Source of the DNA: a virus
Length of the DNA stretch: 64,000 nucleotides
Strand: one strand, 5' to 3'
Virus record (IMG/VR): IMGVR_UViG_3300021440_000015
Span: 32,001-96,000 of that record
Shown here in pieces: positions 57,537 to 64,000 of the stretch. Made by a program: the position numbers and the translations under genes. The notes under the pieces were generated by a model. The model was not told the DNA's origin. It made no database searches and worked only from the letters and a program-made list of their open reading frames with translations. The number at the start of each line of letters is the position of its first letter. The stretch's first letter is position 1.

Positions 57537-60128
57537 ATGTTTAACCACCTGGTAGACCACGCAATTAAAAATGTCTGGTGTACACCTAGACAAGATAACA
57601 GTTACGTGTTCAAACCAGCTAGGATCAGCAAGCCCACAGGTGAACTGAATCGCATGTACTTCATGGGAAGATATGTGACGTTTCCTGTGTCTTCTGTTAA
57701 GATGCATGTTTACCAGGTAGGTCAGGTAAAACCTGAGGTGCTTGGTTTAACTACAGATGATCCTGGCTGGGTCAGAGAAACCTGGAAATCATTTTCGACT
57801 GTCATGAATGAACAAGAAATCCATGTGGATCTCTATAATGACAATGGCGTACAGCTACCAAGATATAAAGCTTGGTATATGTACACCAACGAAAACAATT
57901 TACTGGTGGCTTTCTCTGAAACACAAAGACTACCTATTAATTACACAACAGATAACATCTATCTGAGGTTTTACAGCAACTCTTATTTTGAATCGGTAAG
58001 ATCTGGTGGTTCAACCACCAAACTGTTTACCACAGGCAGAACAATACTTAATAACCAAGAAGTGTTGCAACTTCAGTTTGATGAGGGTAACTATAGGACC
58101 ATGACTGGTTCTGTTAAGTCTTATGTCAATGGTTTTGTGGTTGATAAAATTGATCTTCTAAACGCAACTGTTGGTGATGAGGTAGAATTTGTATATGACG
58201 CCAGTGTGAAAACACTGGTTTCTTTTCCTTATTCTGGTTTAAACACTTTCTCGTCTACGTTAGATAGCTGCTATAAGTATCTGTTAAGCTTTGATGGTGA
58301 TGGAGACCAGATCGATTATCAGGATGATATAGATGTTTATATCTATAAAAGAACTGGTGATAAATACAGAGGATTGTACTTTTCAAGGAATCTTCTTAAA
58401 CACCATCGGATGATCACGCATAAAGATTATGCGATAGATCTGGCTCAGGCTGAAAACTTATTCAGTTTCATGAGAGAGATCTCTGGAGTTATGGATAATA
58501 CAGACATGGTCGTACAAGTAACTGTGCGTAAGTCTGGATATGCCAGACCTTTGATCTACGAGAACAGTCGTATCTTTGAACTGTTTAAACTCAGTTATGA
58601 AGAACGAGTGCAGGCTCTATTGGGTTTACAGTCCAGCTTAGATATCTGGACAGCACCTTATCTAGAGAATAGTGGTTATACAGAGTTGATGAGGGCTGAC
58701 ATGAATACTGTCGATCAGAGTATGGTGCAGAGAGCTTATGGATACAACTCTATAAGTAAATTAGTGGGTAACACACCTACTAAGACTGTATTAAGAAGCG
58801 GTCGACAATACGTATCAGTACCTTACTTATTAGCTGAAGGGTCTACAGCTTATGAGTACGATGCTGATGGCTATCTGTTAGGCAGCTATTATCATCTGTC
58901 AGGCACTGATTACTACTGTCAGAACAACAATGCCAGGCTAGTGGAAATGATTGCCGGTAGAGGTAGTGATACCCCTAACGTTATCTTTGGTATAGACAAC
59001 ATACTCTTACCCGCTTATGATAATTATAGAGTATACATGTCTGGCATGATAGCTGGTAACTCTGATGAAAAGTGGGTAGACATAACAGGCAGTGATAAAT
59101 ATCATGTCTCCGGTAACAGATTGGTTTGGGACAGTCCTGTCACTGACTATTTACTGATGGTCAGAATCGATAGTGATTTTCTAGAGTTTGATTTAAGTAT
59201 GTTACCTGTAGCAGGTAATCTACATTTTACACTTTTTGAAAAGGAAAATCGAAACGGTAGTTTGTTACCTCACACTCTACCTGTGCCTATGGGTGAGTTG
59301 GACATTTGGCTAAATGGTAGGTCTTTGATACGTGGTTTGGACTATGTATTAGACTTCCCTGAAGTTCATTTGGTCAATAAGAGATATCTAAGGCAGCAGT
59401 CTGGAAGTGGATTACAAGATATCAAAGTAAGGTTCACAGGGTTCTGTGATGCTAATCTGTCTGTAGATGCTATTGAGGACTATGGGTTTGTCGAGCATGG
59501 TGTGTTGTCTAATAACAATAGATACGATGTCAGAGATGATAAAGTAATGAGAATATCTTTAGGTGGTAAGTTAGTTACTGCTGAAGATGTGGTATTCTCA
59601 GAAGAACACTTAGGCATTAACGTAACCTCAGTCTTAAACGGATTGCCTTACCAGATCAAAGATATCGTGGTGCCTCTTAAGGGATTGGTGAATGAAAACA
59701 CCTATAGCCTAAGAAACAAGTCTATGGTAATAGATAAGAAGGTATCCGACTTCATGACGACCAGGTTGCCTCAACCTGCCAGAAATGGCATCTCAGCTAT
59801 ACCTGGTAAATATGAGTTGCTAAGTCCTTTCTTTTCACACCTCATCAATGACCTAGCCAGTGAACAGATCAACACATCACACGTCATGGATGCTATCACA
59901 GATATGCAAGTCATGGATGTGTGTAAGACTTATGAGCATCTTCTTAAGTATGATCCTATCACTTACAGGGATTCACTGAACTGGGATTATCTGATCCTGC
60001 ATCCACACAACTTAACCAACGTCGTGACTCTCACTCTTTATGAGTATAGATTTCTGACTAAGGTTGTACGACTTTATGGACATGGACTGATTAATCTTTC
60101 CTCGTTCGTGAATTTCACTGAACTATAA
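57537..60128 (+). CDS. virion structural/baseplate protein (phiKZ gp27-like)
   Basis: About 863 aa; NVWCTPRQD, RMITHKDY, LNGRSLIRGLDY, SNNNRYDVRDDKV motifs. Confidence 0.72.
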   Translation: MFNHLVDHAIKNVWCTPRQDNSYVFKPARISKPTGELNRMYFMGRYVTFPVSSVKMHVYQVGQVKPEVLGLTTDDPGWVRETWKSFSTVMNEQEIHVDLYNDNGVQLPRYKAWYMYTNENNLLVAFSETQRLPINYTTDNIYLRFYSNSYFESVRSGGSTTKLFTTGRTILNNQEVLQLQFDEGNYRTMTGSVKSYVNGFVVDKIDLLNATVGDEVEFVYDASVKTLVSFPYSGLNTFSSTLDSCYKYLLSFDGDGDQIDYQDDIDVYIYKRTGDKYRGLYFSRNLLKHHRMITHKDYAIDLAQAENLFSFMREISGVMDNTDMVVQVTVRKSGYARPLIYENSRIFELFKLSYEERVQALLGLQSSLDIWTAPYLENSGYTELMRADMNTVDQSMVQRAYGYNSISKLVGNTPTKTVLRSGRQYVSVPYLLAEGSTAYEYDADGYLLGSYYHLSGTDYYCQNNNARLVEMIAGRGSDTPNVIFGIDNILLPAYDNYRVYMSGMIAGNSDEKWVDITGSDKYHVSGNRLVWDSPVTDYLLMVRIDSDFLEFDLSMLPVAGNLHFTLFEKENRNGSLLPHTLPVPMGELDIWLNGRSLIRGLDYVLDFPEVHLVNKRYLRQQSGSGLQDIKVRFTGFCDANLSVDAIEDYGFVEHGVLSNNNRYDVRDDKVMRISLGGKLVTAEDVVFSEEHLGINVTSVLNGLPYQIKDIVVPLKGLVNENTYSLRNKSMVIDKKVSDFMTTRLPQPARNGISAIPGKYELLSPFFSHLINDLASEQINTSHVMDAITDMQVMDVCKTYEHLLKYDPITYRDSLNWDYLILHPHNLTNVVTLTLYEYRFLTKVVRLYGHGLINLSSFVNFTEL

Positions 60129-60141
60129 GGAGTTTAACAAT

Positions 60142-61821
60142 ATGCCTAACAATGCAGCTTTGCTAGGGATTGTAGGAACTGATGGCATCTCACCGGTTTA
60201 TAACCCAGACAGCAGATGGTGTTGGTGGGGTCTACATGAAGTCTATCGCGGCGAGACCGGCACTAATATGTATGTGCCTAAAGTCAAAGACTATGTAATG
60301 GATACAGAAAGTTACACTGCTTTTGTGGTAGACCATCTGGATCCTGTCACTCTCATACCCACACTGAGAGAAATCAGACCTGCTAATATGTCATTCAGTT
60401 TGTCAAGGACTGATGTGTTATTTGGTACTGGTCCGGGTACTGCTTCTGAAATCTACAGAGTTTACATTGATAAATCTGTAACACCTCATGTGTTATCAGT
60501 AGATGCAGCTCTTAAGGTAGCAGGAACGCAGTGTCAATATGCTAAGATCTTCAGATCCACAGATGTGACTGTGATGGGTAAAGTGGTCAGTATGGTGTAC
60601 GATTCCAGTGGGAATCTGATCACTAATAACGTACCGCTTGAGTTGGCTGCTATGGACAGTCATGTAAACCACACTGTCAAAGTAGTGGCTCCTTGTTTCA
60701 CTACAGAGAATTTAGTGGACGGTGAGTTAGTAACTGTGGTTTATTACAGTGCTGCTGGACATGTAGTGCATAAGAGACAATTGATGGTGGAAGTATCTTC
60801 TTTCATCAGGAATATCAATGCGTCTACCAAGTACATCAGCCATATTTCGTTGGATACAGCTTTCTTGTCGCCTACTTTGGATCACGTCATCAACTTCCCT
60901 GTCAACATACCGTTGAACAGCTTAAACATGATGGGTGTGGTTCATTATAGTGATGGCAGTACTTTGACTCTGCCTGTAGACGGCACCAAGTTCAGAATGT
61001 TTGGATTGGATCAGTATGTATCTACTATAGTAGGTCAATCTGTTAATCTGGTACTGAGTTATGAATTAGGTGCTGGTGAGGTAGCTTACAACGGACTGAG
61101 TGAAGACAACAGACGTATCAATGAACCTTACGATCTAGTCACCGTCAATCCTAATAACAGTTACGCTGTTAAACTCTTTGTCTATCCTGAATGGATTAGT
61201 GAGTTGGAAGGATACGGACTGAGATGGTGGATGTTTAACATGGATAGAAACGTTTACTTTGATGTAACCGGTAAAGTCATGTTGAATAGTCAGACCGGAC
61301 CTTTTGCACAAAAAGGTTATGGTTATCAACAGGTCAAGAACGTCAGTGTTAACTTAGGTGAAGTATCTAGTATCTTTAAGAACTTCATCCATACACAAAC
61401 CGTGGAAGTGAATTTGTTTAGACATCCTAACGAAAGTGCAGATGCTTGGACTGTCAGTCATGAGTATGTGGTGGGCAGACCTACTTACGGTGCTGGGTTA
61501 CTGGCCAAACTAGTCAATAACTTTACAGTAAGACTTAAGTCTGGTGCAGAAACCTATACAGAGTGGAAACAGAGAGTTTACTTGAGCACACACCCTATCT
61601 TGGATGTGATGAACACAACAGCTCCGCCTGAACCTACCCATTTCATCCTTCAAGTAGGTGGTGTGATTAAAGAATGCACCATCGATCAGTGGGGTGATGA
61701 TATTGCTATGCCTGCTGAAATTAACCAATACGCTAATAAGAATCTGTTTATCAGGTTTGTTAGGAAGATTGGATCTCAAGAATTGCAGTTGGGTATGGCT
61801 GCTATGGTCATTAAAGCGTAA
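60142..61821 (+). CDS. virion structural/baseplate protein (phiKZ gp26-like)
   Basis: 559 aa; YVPKVKD, GVVHYSDG, YAVKLFVYPEW motifs; terminator at about 61828-61860. Confidence 0.72.
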   Translation: MPNNAALLGIVGTDGISPVYNPDSRWCWWGLHEVYRGETGTNMYVPKVKDYVMDTESYTAFVVDHLDPVTLIPTLREIRPANMSFSLSRTDVLFGTGPGTASEIYRVYIDKSVTPHVLSVDAALKVAGTQCQYAKIFRSTDVTVMGKVVSMVYDSSGNLITNNVPLELAAMDSHVNHTVKVVAPCFTTENLVDGELVTVVYYSAAGHVVHKRQLMVEVSSFIRNINASTKYISHISLDTAFLSPTLDHVINFPVNIPLNSLNMMGVVHYSDGSTLTLPVDGTKFRMFGLDQYVSTIVGQSVNLVLSYELGAGEVAYNGLSEDNRRINEPYDLVTVNPNNSYAVKLFVYPEWISELEGYGLRWWMFNMDRNVYFDVTGKVMLNSQTGPFAQKGYGYQQVKNVSVNLGEVSSIFKNFIHTQTVEVNLFRHPNESADAWTVSHEYVVGRPTYGAGLLAKLVNNFTVRLKSGAETYTEWKQRVYLSTHPILDVMNTTAPPEPTHFILQVGGVIKECTIDQWGDDIAMPAEINQYANKNLFIRFVRKIGSQELQLGMAAMVIKA

Positions 61822-61926
61822 CGATATAGATACAGGAGACCTAATGGTCTCCTGTATCTTATTGTCTTTGTTTAACTCAATCAAGTGGTTCAAGTTTAAA
61901 TAGTCGTATTCGACGGAGAAGCAAAC

Positions 61927-64000
61927 ATGTTTAAAACATATTACCCGAGTCTGGTCGATCAGTCTGCCGTACCTATCCAAAAAGGTGGTACAGACGGTGT
62001 GACTGCGATAGAAGCCACAGACAATCTGTCAATGGTGACAGATATCATGAATAACAAACCCAACGGTTGGTTGGCTATGCCTGCTGGTGGCATAGTAGAC
62101 CCTTCAAGATTGCCTTTGGGTATGCAAAGTAAAAAGGTTGCGATCTACGGACCTTTGACATTAGTGGGTGGTGTCCCTACTGAATATCTGATCACCAATT
62201 TTGATAGCTTTGATCAGTATGTGTTTACTGATGTAGATGGTACTATCAGCAGAGCAGATGATATCATTACGTTCATACCATTGATTTCAGGTGGTGTGTT
62301 GGGTTACGCAGTTAATGGCTGGAGATATGAGTTTGACGTAACGCCAGTGACTGTGAATAAACCTATTATCGACGGTTTGGAAAACAGTACTGATTTGGGT
62401 CCTTATCAGAGTTTCACATCTTCTCCGTTTAGCGTGGATGGTGGTACTGGTACTCATGTGTCTTCTGACTGGCAAATCAGTGAAAGCAATAGTTTCTCTA
62501 GCATTTTACCTAGTTCGGTAAATGCTTCTACTGGTAATAAGACTTCTTTTGAGGTAAGTAATTTACCAGCTAATAAATCTTTGTTTATTAGAGTCAGGTA
62601 TAATTCTCAGATCCATGGCGTAAGTGCGTGGAGTGACCCTGTGTCTTTCAGCACACGAATGTCTTATCTGCCTGAGACACCTAGCATCACTTTCCCTGTG
62701 AATAATGCTACAGGTATATCTAGCTCTATCACCGTTACTTCTACAGCTTATGTAGGACATGGCACTACTTCCACTGGTATGGATACCATGACAAGTGCTC
62801 AGTGGGAGTACAGCGCTGATAACACATTCCCTGGAGCCAACACAACATCTGTTATTAAGTTAGTGGATAACAGTCCCACTAATTTAGCCATAACTGGACT
62901 GACTGCAAATATTTCTTACTATGTAAGAGTTAGATATTTAAGCAGTCTGGGTGGAGCAGCTTTCAGTGATTGGTCTCCTACTGTGATGTTTACCACAGCT
63001 GTGAGTTTTAAGCCTGGTGCGCCTAGTATCACTTCTCCTTCTTCTGGCGCTATAGAGCAAGACAGTAATCTGACGATCACAAGTTCTGCCTTTATCACCA
63101 CAAGTGGCGATACTCATCAGGGTACCTCATGGGAAGTTAATACAAACGCTAGTTTTAGCGGTACTTCTTATGCAAGTGTCAATAACTCAGCTACGAATAA
63201 GTTGTCTTTGTCTCTGGTGAACTTACCAGCCAACACAACTCTGTATGCCAGAGTGATGCATCATGGTGTTGTTACAGGGGCTAGTGATTGGTCTTCCCCT
63301 ATTAACTTTAGAACAAAGACAGTAACTATAAACACACCTAGTGTCAGTGGTAGTGCTACGGTATCTATACTGACACCCAGTTTTACATCCACAGCTTATG
63401 CTTTAAGCGATCCTGCTGCTACGTTAGACGCACACCTGCAATCTATCTGGGAAGTATACGCAGTAGCTAATCCAAGTGTTATCATAGCTGATAGTCAAAA
63501 CTCTGTAGGTAGCAAGACTGCTTTCCAAGTAGGTGCTGGATTATTGAGCTATGGTACAGCTTATGCTATACGTGTTAAATACATCGGTAGTCTGTATGGT
63601 GAAAGTGCTTACAGCACACCTTTTAACTTCTCTGTAAGTTCCGTAACGGTAAATACACCCAGTGTGTTGATAGCTGCTTTCGGCGGCGGTGGCGGAGCTA
63701 CAGTAAATAGTATCACACCTACGTTTACATCCAGCGCTTTTGCTCAAACACCTACTTCGGGTGGGTTGATACATATACAGTCTACCTGGGAAGTATCGGA
63801 TACTTCTTCGTTTACAAATATCATGTCTACCAACACAGGGTTTGTTATTGGTGGTAGCAATACTCTTACGTCTTGGACTGTAGGTACAGGTACTGTCAAT
63901 ACACCTATGGTGGCTGGTGGGTCCTATTATGTACGTGTTAAACATACAGGTACTGGCAACATAGACAGTCAGTGGAGTACACCTCAGGCATTTACAGTAA
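61927..64000 (+). CDS. tail fiber-like protein with FN3-like repeats (3'-truncated by window edge)
   Basis: GGAG SD; MFKTYYPSLVDQSAVPIQKGGTDG...ITNFDSF... paralogous to 4697..8128 and 10486..12663; absent from the ORF track, apparently because it runs off the window. Confidence 0.75.
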   Translation, partial: MFKTYYPSLVDQSAVPIQKGGTDGVTAIEATDNLSMVTDIMNNKPNGWLAMPAGGIVDPSRLPLGMQSKKVAIYGPLTLVGGVPTEYLITNFDSFDQYVFTDVDGTISRADDIITFIPLISGGVLGYAVNGWRYEFDVTPVTVNKPIIDGLENSTDLGPYQSFTSSPFSVDGGTGTHVSSDWQISESNSFSSILPSSVNASTGNKTSFEVSNLPANKSLFIRVRYNSQIHGVSAWSDPVSFSTRMSYLPETPSITFPVNNATGISSSITVTSTAYVGHGTTSTGMDTMTSAQWEYSADNTFPGANTTSVIKLVDNSPTNLAITGLTANISYYVRVRYLSSLGGAAFSDWSPTVMFTTAVSFKPGAPSITSPSSGAIEQDSNLTITSSAFITTSGDTHQGTSWEVNTNASFSGTSYASVNNSATNKLSLSLVNLPANTTLYARVMHHGVVTGASDWSSPINFRTKTVTINTPSVSGSATVSILTPSFTSTAYALSDPAATLDAHLQSIWEVYAVANPSVIIADSQNSVGSKTAFQVGAGLLSYGTAYAIRVKYIGSLYGESAYSTPFNFSVSSVTVNTPSVLIAAFGGGGGATVNSITPTFTSSAFAQTPTSGGLIHIQSTWEVSDTSSFTNIMSTNTGFVIGGSNTLTSWTVGTGTVNTPMVAGGSYYVRVKHTGTGNIDSQWSTPQAFTV

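Overview
64-kb segment of an AT-rich phiKZ-like (nucleus-forming type) jumbo phage genome. The spanin pair suggests a Gram-negative host. It carries virion genes (tail sheath and tube, lytic tape-measure-like protein, baseplate and head proteins, prohead protease, three paralogous FN3-like fiber proteins), DNA-metabolism genes (RuvC, SbcC, RNase H, UvsX) and three subunits of the virion multi-subunit RNA polymerase. phiKZ gp numbers are given from recognised motifs and gene order, not from a database search. Main observations: (1) the catalytic DFDGD motif of the vRNAP beta' gene is split by two tandem group I introns separated by a 6-nt micro-exon (TTCGAT = Phe-Asp); (2) a third, related group I intron with an HNH endonuclease in its P1 loop splits the adjacent beta gene; (3) dispersed accessory cassettes share a promoter-like motif and a covarying bulged-hairpin leader directly upstream of the SD (6 hairpin copies); (4) an internal Peptidase_S74-like self-cleaving domain lies within the tape-measure protein; (5) an HD hydrolase gene is interrupted by a single in-frame amber codon.
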